Below the pieces are notes generated by a model, which saw nothing but the letters and a program-made list of their open reading frames with translations, made no database searches and was not told the origin of the DNA. Shown here in pieces: positions 44,680 through 56,175 of a DNA stretch of 64,000 bases. Position 1 is the stretch's first letter. Every line of letters begins with the position of its first letter. The position numbers and the translations under genes are program-made. The stretch is from positions 64,001 through 128,000 of IMG/VR virus record IMGVR_UViG_3300009509_000001. One strand, 5' to 3'. The stretch is from a virus.

Positions 44680-45350
44680 CAGTACGCCTTCCCGCCGTGG
44701 CGGTGCGACCGCGTGGCGTTGTAGCGTACCTTGGCGATCATGGCGCCGACCACGTCCATCTTGTTGCCGGCACTGAAGTCCAGGATGCGGATCATGGTGT
44801 CGGCCAGCTCCTCCTCGATGCCGCTGAACTCCTGAATGTGGTCGCTCGGCTTGTTGCCCTTGCGATCCCACTCCATGGCCTCGGCGAGCTCGCTCACCAT
44901 AAGCATGAAGTTCGTGGCATTGTTGTTCGGGTTCTCCCACCAGCCGTTCGCGCGGTTGACGGCGTGCAGCTGCTGCTGGAACTTACGGAGATCCGGCAGG
45001 TCCAGGAAGTCGCTTTCGTCCTTGACGTCCCAGGGGAACGGATAGGTCTCCATGACTTCCCAGTGAAGGGCCGCAAGCCCCGTGCCGAACGACCTTACCG
45101 AATTCATCAGAAGGCAGAAGGTGCCGGTGTTCGCGTACTTGTCGTGCACGTTGATGCCGTTGATGGTCGTCTTCTCGGGATCGATGCCACGGGACTTCTG
45201 GTACTCGAACAGGTTCTGCGGCAACGCGATGAACGGCTGCTTGCCGCGCTCGCGCTTGTACAGCTCGGCGAGCGCCGAGTCGAGCGCGTGCAGAAAGCTC
45301 CTGGTGTCGTCCAGGCTCATGCCCGGAATGGCATTAAGCAGAGTGCTCAT
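44679..45350 (-). CDS. MazG-like nucleotide pyrophosphohydrolase
   Basis: GWW...LMVSELAEAME..R...EEELAD..IRILD...K..YN..R...HG. Confidence 0.85.
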   Translation of the reverse strand: MSTLLNAIPGMSLDDTRSFLHALDSALAELYKRERGKQPFIALPQNLFEYQKSRGIDPEKTTINGINVHDKYANTGTFCLLMNSVRSFGTGLAALHWEVMETYPFPWDVKDESDFLDLPDLRKFQQQLHAVNRANGWWENPNNNATNFMLMVSELAEAMEWDRKGNKPSDHIQEFSGIEEELADTMIRILDFSAGNKMDVVGAMIAKVRYNATRSHRHGGKAY

Positions 45351-48300
45351 GATTGGTTCTCCAGTTGATGCATGGCCAGCCGCAGGCCGACCCAATGCTG
45401 TTTCAATGTGTGTGGCATGACCTCGCCCCAGAGCCAGGGGTCGTAGTCCGTCCAGTTGGCGCCCAGGAACTGCTCGCCGTTGGTGGCGAGCCAGTGGCTG
45501 AACTCGTCCTTGTTGGCCGAGGCGGCTTTGGCCTCGCGCACCAGGTCGAGATCCACGTGCTCGTCGTACTCCAGCAGATCCTTGACGTTCTCGTCGATGC
45601 GGCGCTCGCACTCGTTCGTGTCCCAGTCCATCCAGCGACGGCCGCTGCCGTCGGGACTTGCCTGACACTTCTCGTGCAGATAGCTGATGCCGCACTTGGC
45701 CCAGCCGTCGAGCCGCATGTTGTCATACACGCCGTAGATGGCTTCGCCGCAGTCGCCGCGCACGATCAGGCTGTTGCCGACCGCCATGAAGATCATGAGG
45801 TAGCTGCTGCTCGTGGGCCGGCCCCAGATCAGGTAGTCGATCTGGTTGCCGTTGTCGACCTGGCCGGCGTGGCGCTTGGCCAGGTGGTCCTTGAAGTCGT
45901 TGGCGATCATCTGAACGCCGCGGTCTTCGTGGTGATGGGGGAACAACGCTTTAAGATCCACGTTCGGCCTCCTTCGACGGGAAGGTCAGTGCGTGCGACT
46001 CCATGGCGTCCTTCACCTCGTACTTCTTGCCGATGAAGGTGCTTCCGTGGTCGTCGTCGAACCAGCCCTCGAACTCGCGACTGCTCACGCGTTCGATCGT
46101 GGCCTTGCGGCCGTTGAACACGTACTCGGTCTTCGGACCCTTCTTCGGCTGTGCCGGGAAGATGTGGGCCAGACAGTGTTCGTCGATCTTGGTCACGGGC
46201 TCCGGGTTGTACATGGTCGGATGCTCTTCAGTGAACTTCCGGGCCTTGGCGCGCTGCCGGATGAGGCTGCGGCCCGTGGCGTAGAAGTTGGCGTTGAGTA
46301 TGGCCTCCATCCGGTCGATCTCGATCGCCATCTGGTTGAAGAGGTGCTTGTCCTTCTCGGTCTCGCACTTGGCCGCCAGGTCGTCGATCTCAAGCTGCAC
46401 GAGGGCGCCGATCTCGTGCATGAGCGTCGCCAGATACATGATGGCGTCGGTCTTGGATTCGTTCTCGATCGAGTCCGATGCCCAGTCGAAGGCGTTGCAC
46501 GGGCACTCGGCCGTGCAGTCGGCGGGGCAGTCCAATGCCTCCTGGTCGTCGCGCAGCTTGAGAATGCGGGTCTTGAACTCCGCGGCTTCCTTGCCGCCCT
46601 CGTCTTCGTCCGGGAACCAGGTCCCGATGTCTTCGAGTATGTTGTACAGGGTCTCGATGGTCTCTGCTCTATTCATCGATGGTTCCTCCATTTCGTTTGA
46701 TTACGTCAATGAGACCTTCCTCGGTTTCGACCGACAGGCGGCCGTGATTCTCGGAGATCTCCTTGAATATGTTCTGAAGCGCGGTCAACATGTCGGCCTC
46801 GGCGTCGGGCCGATCGACCGGGCGGTGGCCCGCGCGCCGCATCATTCTGACCCAGCGCTCGCGCAGCTCCTCGCAGTATTGGGCGGTGTCCACGCGTTCG
46901 CAGCAGCCGCCGTTCAGCATCAGGTAGGTGTTGCCGTCGCAACGCTCCTCGATGCGGTATCCTTTTTCTTCGTCAGCCATTGGTGTTCTCCATTAGTTCA
47001 TTATTGCTTCGAACAGGCTCTTGGCCCAGTCCGCTACTTGGGATGCGGCTGCCACCAGGACGAGCAGCACCCCCACGCAGCAGCAACAGCCTGCTCCGCC
47101 GTCATCGCTGCCGCTGTCGTTGACATGTGAGCCTTTGACGTTGACGCGTCCAGGCTTTCTGTAGCCGTCAAGCTGCCGTGGGAATCGCCGGGTGTGTGGT
47201 TTACGGTCGTGTCCCATGTCACTGCGGCTCCAGTTCGGACGCGGCGATCACGTCCTCGACGGTTATGAGTTGATCGTCTTCAACCGGGTCCCGCTCCGGG
47301 AATCTCCAGTAGGAGATGGGTCCCGGGAACCACGGATCCGTGCCATAGTAGAATCGAAAGCCCTTGACCGGGTCGACGCCGTTGATGTAGACGCCTGCCC
47401 AACGGTCTTTCGAATCCTTCGCCACCATGGCCTCGCAATGCCCCTTCGGGCCTGCGCGGAGCATCCGCACCAGATGGCTCATGGCCTTGTCATAGCGCTC
47501 CTGTTGTTCCTTGTTCATTGTTCGAGCTCCAGGAACGCGTTTACGGTTTCGATCCAGCACTGCCTGCAGTCGGCGTCCATGTCGCACGCGCGCTTCAGGC
47601 CGAACTTGGTGTGGGACCACGGCTTCAGGTCCTCCGGCGGGCAGTCGCCGATCGGCGCGTGTGCGTCGGCCAGGCGGTCGACCACCTCGGGAAGTTCGTG
47701 CACGATCACCCGGAATCTGTCCATGTTCATTTTGCTCAGCTCTTTAACGTGGGTCTGCGCCCACAGCTGGCCGTCCTGATCCATGAACACCGGGAAGTCG
47801 TCGTACAGCCGATCCTCTTCGATGTGCCATATGCTGAATTTCATAACGTGAAGATTATCTCCTCGATGTCTTTGCGCAGGGCCATGGTGTAGCCACGGTC
47901 GATGGCTTCCTTGGCCTTTGCGCTCTTGAACGGTTTCTTCTTGTCGGCCAGCCGCTCCGCGAGCATGTGCACGTCCGCGGTTGTCTGGGTGCTCTCGACT
48001 ACGATGTCGTATCCGTCGAGCTCCCGGTTTATCAGGAACAGGATGTTCCTGGGGAGCCCCTGGACTTCGACGTGACTTACGATTACGGTCTGCATACTCA
48101 GTCTCCGAACGCTTCGGGGTTCTTGCGGCGCCACCAGCCCTCGACCTTGATCAGGCAGGGCAGGCCCGGCAGTTGTCCGACGGGTGGATCGGGCATGGCC
48201 CCCTTCATGATGTAGGGGGTCACGCTCTTCGGAATCCATATCTGGACCTTGGTGGACTCGATCTCCATCAGCCGCGCCTTTTCGCTTTCGCGGATAAGGA

Positions 48301-51300
48301 AACAGTCGATGTGATCATCCATTGGACGGCCTCGGCACTATGACGGGCTCGCCGTCCTCGATGGGCGGGATGTCCGCGAACGGATCGGGCTCGTCCTTGC
48401 GGGAAGCCTTACGCGCGGCATCGACGAGACCCGCCAGGAAGTCCCCGCCCATCTGGCGCGGGTAGATCATGGAGAAGCACTCGTGCACCAGCTGCTCGTC
48501 GATGAGCAGGTCCATGGCCATGAACTGGTGAACCAGTATGAGCCGGAGTGCCTGCTCGGGCAACGTGTTCGTGGCACTGTCCCGGTCGACGGCGTACGGC
48601 TGGTCACCGTGCTTCAACGCAATCTCGGTGTGGATCACGAACGTCTGCTCGGCCCATTCGAGGAGCTGCGGGTTTTCGTGGGTCACGTCGTGGGTCACGG
48701 CCACCTGCCGCTCACTACGCACCTCCACCCGGAGGTTAGCCTTTATGAGCTCCGTGTGGGCGTTCAGCCGCCCGAGCATCGCCGTCGACATTTCCATGTT
48801 CTTCTCCATGGCTTCGACGGCAGCGTCTTTCGCCACTTTCGTGATGTCGGGCTTCGTTTCTTTGTGCTTGGTCACTTTACGTTCTCCTTCACGCGATTGC
48901 GCCAGCCGGAGCAGCGCATGGTTTTGAATTCATCGCCCATGGCGATGTCGTGTACGGCCACGACGTCGGCGGCGACGTTCAGTCGCTTCGAGTCCTGGTC
49001 GTGATCAGTGTTCTCCAGATAGGCGATGATGTCTTCCAGCTGCTCGGCCTTGGCGTCATACACCAGGAACGGCACGAGCATGTTCACGTCGACCCCGGTA
49101 TCCTTGAACAGAGCCAGAACCAGGTTGATGCATTTCATCAAAACCTGCTGGTGTTCAAGGCCCGCGGCGACTTTTCCTGCCAGTTCAATATCCATGTTAC
49201 TTGTCCACTGTTGCGCCGACGACCCGACAGACGTCACTCCACCTGAAGCCGCACTCGGTGCAGCGCATGTGGACGTGAAGCCGGTAATCCGTGTCGTCGT
49301 CGTAGGTTACTATTCCGATCGTGCTGTTCTTGCCGATCTTGGCGACCGCCGAGCAGCACGGGCAGTGTTTGGGGTCCTCGCTGCGGCGGTTGGCCACGAG
49401 CGTTTCCAGGTCTTCGCCCAGGTTCTCGTACATGTGTACGTAGCCCAGGTGTTCCATGATCGGCTCGCCGTCCTCGAACAGGGTAACCTGCTCGCCGGCG
49501 GCGCGCGTCGCCCAGTCCGTGACTGATTGGCGCTTGTACTCCCGGTAGATCGAACGGGCGGTTTCGCCATCAGTGTCGTCGAAGACGGTACCGATGTTAC
49601 CAACGATGACTTGATATTTACTCATTGGCCACCTCCACGGGATCTATGGGCAGAAGCATGCGCAGCGGCAGCCGGCGCTTACCGAACGGCGGGATCGCGA
49701 TCTCGGCGCCGCTCACCTGTTCTTCGCCGTCGACGACGGTCCAGAAGCTTTCGACCTTTCGGGGTTTGAGATCCTTGACGTCGAATTTCTTCGGGTCGAT
49801 CTCCTCACCGGGTTTCAGGTCGTTGGCCACGTAGACCAGCGTGCCGGGACGGAACTCGCGGGATTCCACGATCTTGCCGTCGGCGTCCTTCACGTTGTGT
49901 GCCAAAGCCCCGCCGATCTCGGCGACCGGAATGGGTTGCGAGGTTTTGTTCACCTTCGACTCGAATCCCGAGCCGAATGCCGATGGGTCACATCCGCTCA
50001 TGGTAACAGCTGCTCCTTCGCCACGCCGGTGAGTGCCGACGCCAGCATGTATGTGTCCTTGAACGCGTTGAAGTCGCCGAGGTCCGTGTTCGGCACCTCG
50101 TTCAACGCACGCTGGATGGTCTCGAACAGCTTGCGCGGCAACACGACCACGTCGTTGTCGAAGCTGACGGTGTCCGGTGCGATCCAGTGCTTGACCTCGA
50201 CGTCGAGCGCCGGCCTGCTGTCCAGGACCTCGACGCCCTCGTCCTCCATCGTGCACATCAGCTGGTCGCCGATGGCCTCGCTGCAGAGTTCGTGCTCGAT
50301 GTCCGCGTCCATCGGTTCATCGTCGTCGTAACGATTCTGTTTGTCGATGTCGATGGCGATCAATGCCTTGTAGTATTTGACGTTCATGATTGTTCCTTTA
50401 ACGTTGACACTCCGTAAGAGAAGTGGTTGAGTCTGTTTATGACGTAGCCGCGCTTGACCATGGCCTCTTTGAACTTGTTCATCAGGTGGTAGTTCTCGTA
50501 GGCCACGTTCAGCATCGGAGCGAAATCGCCGCCGTCGCACATGATGATCATGACCATGTCGTCGGTCGGCATGCACGTGGCGGGCCAGCCGGCCCATTCA
50601 TCCTTGAACCACTGCACGGTGTGGAACGCCTTGCAGCCGCCGCAGTACGGTTTCTCGCCGTAGGCTTCGATCGCTGCGTCGAGCGCGGCCATCGCCGCCG
50701 TGGTGGCTTCGGGCGTGGCGAGCGCCGTGTTCAGCGACTCGAGCTCGTCGATCTTGAAGTACAGATCGCCGTTGATCTCGGGCTCCGGCACGATGGTCTG
50801 ATTGGAATGGACGGTGAACGGTACGGTGTCGCCGTAGGGTTCCCCGTCGTAGTCCTTCAGCACGATGCGGTCGGAGCGCACGAGCTCCTCGCCCGCGTAG
50901 GTGAGTAGCAGGTAGTTTTCCATGTTGTTCTCCAGTTATGGTTTCGGGAAGAATTTGCGGCACTTGGCGTTCATCTCGACCTGACGGCCCTCGGCGTATT
51001 CCCAGAAGCGTCTGGAATCCTCGCTGCCGTTCGGTCGGTAGATGTCGTCGTGCCGCCCTTTGTAGCCTTCCATGCAGTATGCGCGTGCCAGCGGCCCGTT
51101 GCCGCACTGAATCACGCAGTGCCTGCAGTTCTCGCAGCGCTTGGGCAGCGTGTAGCCGCACTCGTGCCGCCAGTCGACGCCGTCGGCCTTAGCGTCGTCC
51201 GAGCGGACGGGCCGCCAGCCGGCCGGCATCGAATCGTCTTTGACCAGCACGACGAAGCCCGGATGCTTCGGCTTTCCGTCGAGGGTGTTCTCCTCGACGT

Positions 51301-52010
51301 AGGCGTTCAGCGCATCGCAGTGCTTCTGTGCCGTCGGCAACCGCATCCAGCTGAGCGGGCTGTCGCTGACGAACGAAAGGTTGTAGTCCTTTACGGTGCC
51401 GTCGTTCCACCGCTTTATCAGCGTGAGGAGGTGGTACTCCTTCAGGCCGGGCCTGTTGAGCGCTATTCGGTACCGCATGATTCATACCGGTTGGTGTTGC
51501 TGTTCGCCAGCAGCCACAGGAAGAACAGGCCGATGGGCCAGAGCACGGACATGATTATCAGGGTGACGGTCATGCCGAGCGTCCAGTGCTGGTTGAGGCC
51601 CCGTACTTTGCGGGCCAGGTTGACTTCTTGAATGAACACGGCCATAACGATGATGGCCGCGATCACGTACAGTAGCGTGTATAGATAGTTCATATTGAAA
51701 TGTGCCTGAATGAGTGTTCAACGGACTTCGTGATCATATCCAGAATCTGCACGGTGAGGTGCACGACCTGATCGTCATTCATTCCGTATAGTTTCTTCAT
51801 CGCCTCGTTCACGGAGTTGTTGGCTCCGAGAATCTTGTCGAACGCCGCTTCCAGCTTGGGAAGCTTCGCACGACTGATGATGATGTAGGTTTTCTTGTCG
51901 ACGCCGCCGAGTTCCGAGAAGAAGCTGTGGATTTCCCCGAACTCAGGGCTCACCCGCGCCAATACGCGCATCTTCTCGCCGATCTCGCGGCGCGTCATTT
52001 TTCGATCCAT
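45347..52010 (-). other. Array of about 17 small early-type hypothetical CDSs (e.g. 45347-45961, 45951-46691, 46669-46980, 47219-47518, 47515-47844, 47841-48095, 48098-48322, 48315-48875, 48872-49237, 49197-49625, 49618-50001, 49998-50387, 50384-50923, 50936-51478, 51463-51693, 51690-52010)
   Basis: Tight overlapping ORFs with RBSs; no recognisable family motifs. Confidence 0.6.
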
Positions 52011-52256
52011 CTTGGTTCTCCAGTTTAACTATTATCAGTGGCTGGGCGCTACGCCAGTATACGTCGCACATAAGGCTGCTGAGCGCCTTGTAGTACGGGT
52101 CTTCCAGGACGCGCTGCATGCGTGTGCGCCATTCCCGTTCATAAAGGGGATGCCATTGTGGCGGCATCCCCTTCATAGCCTCGTCGATCATGTATTGCTG
52201 CCAACATTGGAGCTCGGTGACTACCGCCTGTTCCTTCTCCGTGAGGTAGCCGGGAA

Positions 52257-53342
52257 CTACTTCTCCAACTTCACCAAGCATGTCGCAATCGAGGTCCCGC
52301 TGCTGCGGAACGCTCCCTGATCGATCTCTATCACCGTCGCCTCTTTCTCCTGCAGCCAATTTCTGAATTCCTTCTGTAGTTTGTTGTTGCCGGTTTTCCA
52401 GCCGATGCTCATGACGCTGACCAGGACTCCTCCGTCGGCCAGTAAGTCGTACATGTGCTGCACGTGCCGGATGTCCTGGTTGTTCGTGAACGGCGGGTTC
52501 GCCAGTATGACGTCGAACATGTAGCCCGGATCGAACTCCATGAAGTCGTCGCCCACCAGCGTGTAGCCCTCGTTGAGCAGATACTCGCGGTTCTCGGGAT
52601 CGAGCTCGCAGCAGCGCACCTGGCTCTTGGGTATCCCCTCGACCAGAGCGCCGCGGCCGGCACTGGGCTCGAGAACCACGGCGTCCGTGATCGGACCGGC
52701 GAGGTCCCTGACGATCTTGACGACTTCCGGCGGCGTGTAGAACTGCTGGAACTTCTTCTTGTCGTCGATTACTTCGCCGGCCATGAGCCTGGACTTGATG
52801 TCCTGTGCGTCCTTGCCCTTGAAGGCGAACCCGTTCTTCGAGTACTTGCCGCCGGCCCGGATCATAAGATCCTTCAGCTCGTCGTAGCACTTCTTGCTGA
52901 ACCTGACGTCTTGTGGCAGCTCAAGCCGGGCGCCTTTGGACGGCATGCGGCTCAACGCGTGATTGACGTCGGTGATCTCGTGGATCACGGGCTTATCCTT
53001 CTCGGGCTTGAACGTACGGGGGCCGCTGCCTTTTTCAAGGCACTCGTCGTAATCCGTCCAGCCGTTGTTGACGCAGTCTTCGCGGTGATCGCGAGCCCAG
53101 GAGTTCCACAAATCCAGGAGTTCCTGGAAATGACGGATCTTCAAGCTCTCGAAATCAACGCCCTTGCATCGCATGGCCTGTAGGCGTATCTGTGCGAGAC
53201 TCAGGACCTTCGGCGGGTAGAGACTGCTGTCGCTCTGCATGCAGAGCATGGCGTTGTTTACCCGTCCGCTGGTAGCCCCGGTCTCGTACTCACCGGCGTC
53301 CAGATCATCGTCGATGGCTTCGAGGAGATCCGCGCTGTTCAT
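52257..53342 (-). CDS. N6-adenine DNA methyltransferase (class I SAM)
   Basis: QFYTP, VLEPSAGRG, DFM, ILANPPF, F..SGT.I.T. Confidence 0.88.
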   Translation of the reverse strand: MNSADLLEAIDDDLDAGEYETGATSGRVNNAMLCMQSDSSLYPPKVLSLAQIRLQAMRCKGVDFESLKIRHFQELLDLWNSWARDHREDCVNNGWTDYDECLEKGSGPRTFKPEKDKPVIHEITDVNHALSRMPSKGARLELPQDVRFSKKCYDELKDLMIRAGGKYSKNGFAFKGKDAQDIKSRLMAGEVIDDKKKFQQFYTPPEVVKIVRDLAGPITDAVVLEPSAGRGALVEGIPKSQVRCCELDPENREYLLNEGYTLVGDDFMEFDPGYMFDVILANPPFTNNQDIRHVQHMYDLLADGGVLVSVMSIGWKTGNNKLQKEFRNWLQEKEATVIEIDQGAFRSSGTSIATCLVKLEK

Positions 53343-54140
53343 TAATCGTCCTCCGTGGGAAAGCGTCCGAGCATGATGACGTTGCTCTTCTTCTCGATCC
53401 CTACCAGGACGTGCCGCTTCAGCATGTCGTCGCCGAACACGTCGTACATCATCAGGGCGATCATGTCGCGCGGCAGTATGTACGTGAGCTCGGCAAGCAG
53501 CATGCAGGCCATCGTCGGAAGGAACTGGCCTCCCTCGTCGTTGTATTCTTCGCGAATGGAGCCATAGGCGCCGATGGCCTCGAGCTCCTCGATGTAGGTG
53601 CTGCCCGCGCCGCTAAAGAACTGCTGGATCTTGTCCTTTCGCTCTTCGGGACTCAGGGCGGGGTCGAGCCCCGTCTGGTAGCGGTTGAAGGCGGCCAGGG
53701 CCTGAAGGGCCACGGCATGCGCTTTCCGCCGGCGTCCGATTTCCTTCTCAGTCGGAGGTTGTAGTTCTTCACTCATTTTTCCATGTAACCTTGTATTTGT
53801 CTTTCAATTTGTCGAGCGTCTTGTACAGACGGTCGATGTCGGATTTAGGGGCCTCGTCAACGGACACCAGCGTGAGTCCGATGTGCACGTACAGCTTGCA
53901 CCGTCCGTCCTTGAATTCACGCAGCAGCAGTCCGACGACGCCGGGCTGCAGATCGCGCACCGCCACCTTCTCCTTCGAGACCAGGCGCACGTGATCGACG
54001 TATTCAGTCTTTGGCATGATTGTTCTCCAGATTGTATGGGAAGCTTTCGGCTTCCATTGCCTCCTTGACGCACGGCTCGCACACCTTGTGCGAGTCGTCG
54101 TCAGGAATGAATACGCCGCCGCAGTGCCCGCAAACGGCAC
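53342..54140 (-). other. Small hypothetical CDSs (53342-53776 and downstream-start part of 53769-54140)
   Basis: TAATG overlap; compact ORFs. Confidence 0.55.
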
Positions 54141-54163
54141 GGCGGCGACGCAGGTCGGCCAGT

Positions 54164-56173
54164 TCAGCCTTGGTCAGCTTCATGACCACTGTCTTTTCCG
54201 GTTTCATTACTCAGGTCCATACCCATTTCTTCCGCGTACTTGATGACGGTGCACGCCTGCCTCTCCCAGCAGCTGTGGTCGAGGTCGTGTTTACTCAGTT
54301 CTTCGGCGCGAAGCTTCAGCCGCTCGAGCTCGCGGATCACGTGGTCGTACTCGCGCTTGGCGGTGGTGACCTCGGGATAGTCTTCGATCAGGGATTCGGC
54401 TTCCGCATCAAGCTGGAGGAGGGCGGCCAGTTCGGCCTTGCGTCCCTGCTCGAACAGCGCATGTTCCTTGGCGTCGACCTTCGAGGCGAACACACGCAGC
54501 TTGTCAATCTGCGTGAGTTCGGTAGCCTGCTCCTCCTCCTCCTCCTCGGCGGGAACTTCGAAGCCCAGCTCCTCCTGCACGTCTTCGGCCGGCTTCTTGC
54601 TCTTGTACTGGATCTGGTCGAGTTTGCGGCCGTGATCCTGACTGTAGGCGTCGAGCGCGAACACGTCGGCGAGCGTCGTCTCCTTGGACTTGTCCAGGTC
54701 CTCGCGGATAGCGGGGATAAGCACGTCCTTGGCGAACTCGATGCCGGGAGTCTTCGCAATCACCGAACGGCTGCCCTGGTTCTTGAACGTGTGGATCGCG
54801 TCCAGGAAGAGGCAGGCGAAGGTGCCCGACGACTCGGAGAAGTAGGTCACCCTTCCGATGTCGGCGAGAAGCTTCTCAGCCGCCTCCTTCTGCACGTCGT
54901 TCCCCTCCGAGTAGCACTTGCCGATGGCGGCCAGCACCGTGGAGCCATTGAGCTTGAACCGGCGGTAGCTGACGATCTCGCCCGAGCGATTGTGCTTGGT
55001 GAGATATTCCTTGTACCGGGCGTAGCTCATGTAACACAGGAAGCTGTATAAGCTTACCGGCATGTCCGAGATCAGCTCGGTGGGCTCGAGCTGTTCAGCT
55101 TCCGGCGCGACGGGCGGCTTCGGCATGGCCGATGGCTGGACGGTCTCCGGCGGCACCGGCTGCATGACCGGCATGGCCATGTTCGTGCTGGGCGACCACC
55201 AGTCATTGAATCCGACGAGAGCCTTCTCGTAGGTGAGCGCTCCCACGGCGAACAGCGCGTCGAGCGCCGTCAGATGCGTGGAACGAGCCGTGTCCGGGTA
55301 CCAGGCCAGCGGCGGCTTGGTGACGTTCCTGGTTGTGCCAGGCACCTTGCGGCGGCAGTTGAGCTTGACGTCCCACCATGCATCCGTGTCCTTGGTGGCC
55401 AGGAGATGCGTGTCGTGGACCCGATCGATGCGGACCGTTCCGTCGTCGAGGGTCACGACCTTGATCTTGGTGACCGCGTACCAGTAAAGTATGGCGCGCG
55501 GCGTCTTGCTCGTCACCTTCTTCGGGTTGATGGTGTGCATGAGGCTTACCGCCTTGATCACGCCCTCGTCCCGGTAGTTGGTGTTGGTGTAGGCGCGCAT
55601 GTCCAGCATCACGGCGCCGATGGCCGCACGCCACTCCGGCGTGTCCACCATGTTGTGGATGTACATGTCGTACAGCGTGTGCAGATTGCCGCGAGCGCCG
55701 TAGTTGATCAGGAACGTGGCCGTGAACTGGCCGCGGTCCTCCTTGGCGTAGCCCCTGTCCTTGCGGGTCTTGACGATGTGGTGCGGAAGCGACGGCAGCG
55801 AGCCGGGCACGAACAACGGCGGAAGCTCCAGCGGGGTGACGGAATCCTCGTTGTTCCAATGGGCGTGAACCTGCCGGAGGGCTTCGACGAGGTTCACCAT
55901 TCCGCAAGCCTGCAGGGTGTCGCCGCTGAGCTGGTTGATGAACTGGTTGAAGACGTTCCCGTTCGTGAGCTCCCAGCGCCAGAACAACGCGACGTTCTTG
56001 TGGACGCTGTTCATGGCCAGGCGGCGCGTGAGCGGCGTATCGGCCGTGAGAAAGCTGATGCAGCTGGTGAAGTAGCGATAGACGTTTCGCTCCGTCTTGG
56101 TCTTTGCCGGGCGAGCCTTCATAAGACTCATGAGATCCTGGTACTTTGCGGTTGCGGTTGCGTTCATGTTCAT
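54164..56173 (-). CDS. Large hypothetical protein (669 aa) with acidic coiled-coil C-terminus
   Basis: Long ORF, GAGG RBS. Confidence 0.8.
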   Translation of the reverse strand: MNMNATATAKYQDLMSLMKARPAKTKTERNVYRYFTSCISFLTADTPLTRRLAMNSVHKNVALFWRWELTNGNVFNQFINQLSGDTLQACGMVNLVEALRQVHAHWNNEDSVTPLELPPLFVPGSLPSLPHHIVKTRKDRGYAKEDRGQFTATFLINYGARGNLHTLYDMYIHNMVDTPEWRAAIGAVMLDMRAYTNTNYRDEGVIKAVSLMHTINPKKVTSKTPRAILYWYAVTKIKVVTLDDGTVRIDRVHDTHLLATKDTDAWWDVKLNCRRKVPGTTRNVTKPPLAWYPDTARSTHLTALDALFAVGALTYEKALVGFNDWWSPSTNMAMPVMQPVPPETVQPSAMPKPPVAPEAEQLEPTELISDMPVSLYSFLCYMSYARYKEYLTKHNRSGEIVSYRRFKLNGSTVLAAIGKCYSEGNDVQKEAAEKLLADIGRVTYFSESSGTFACLFLDAIHTFKNQGSRSVIAKTPGIEFAKDVLIPAIREDLDKSKETTLADVFALDAYSQDHGRKLDQIQYKSKKPAEDVQEELGFEVPAEEEEEEQATELTQIDKLRVFASKVDAKEHALFEQGRKAELAALLQLDAEAESLIEDYPEVTTAKREYDHVIRELERLKLRAEELSKHDLDHSCWERQACTVIKYAEEMGMDLSNETGKDSGHEADQG

Positions 56174-56175
56174 TC

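Noticed and set aside
51943-52281. Possible gene MLGEVGEV...
   Set aside because: It overlaps both neighbours substantially and has no clear RBS, so it is left unannotated.
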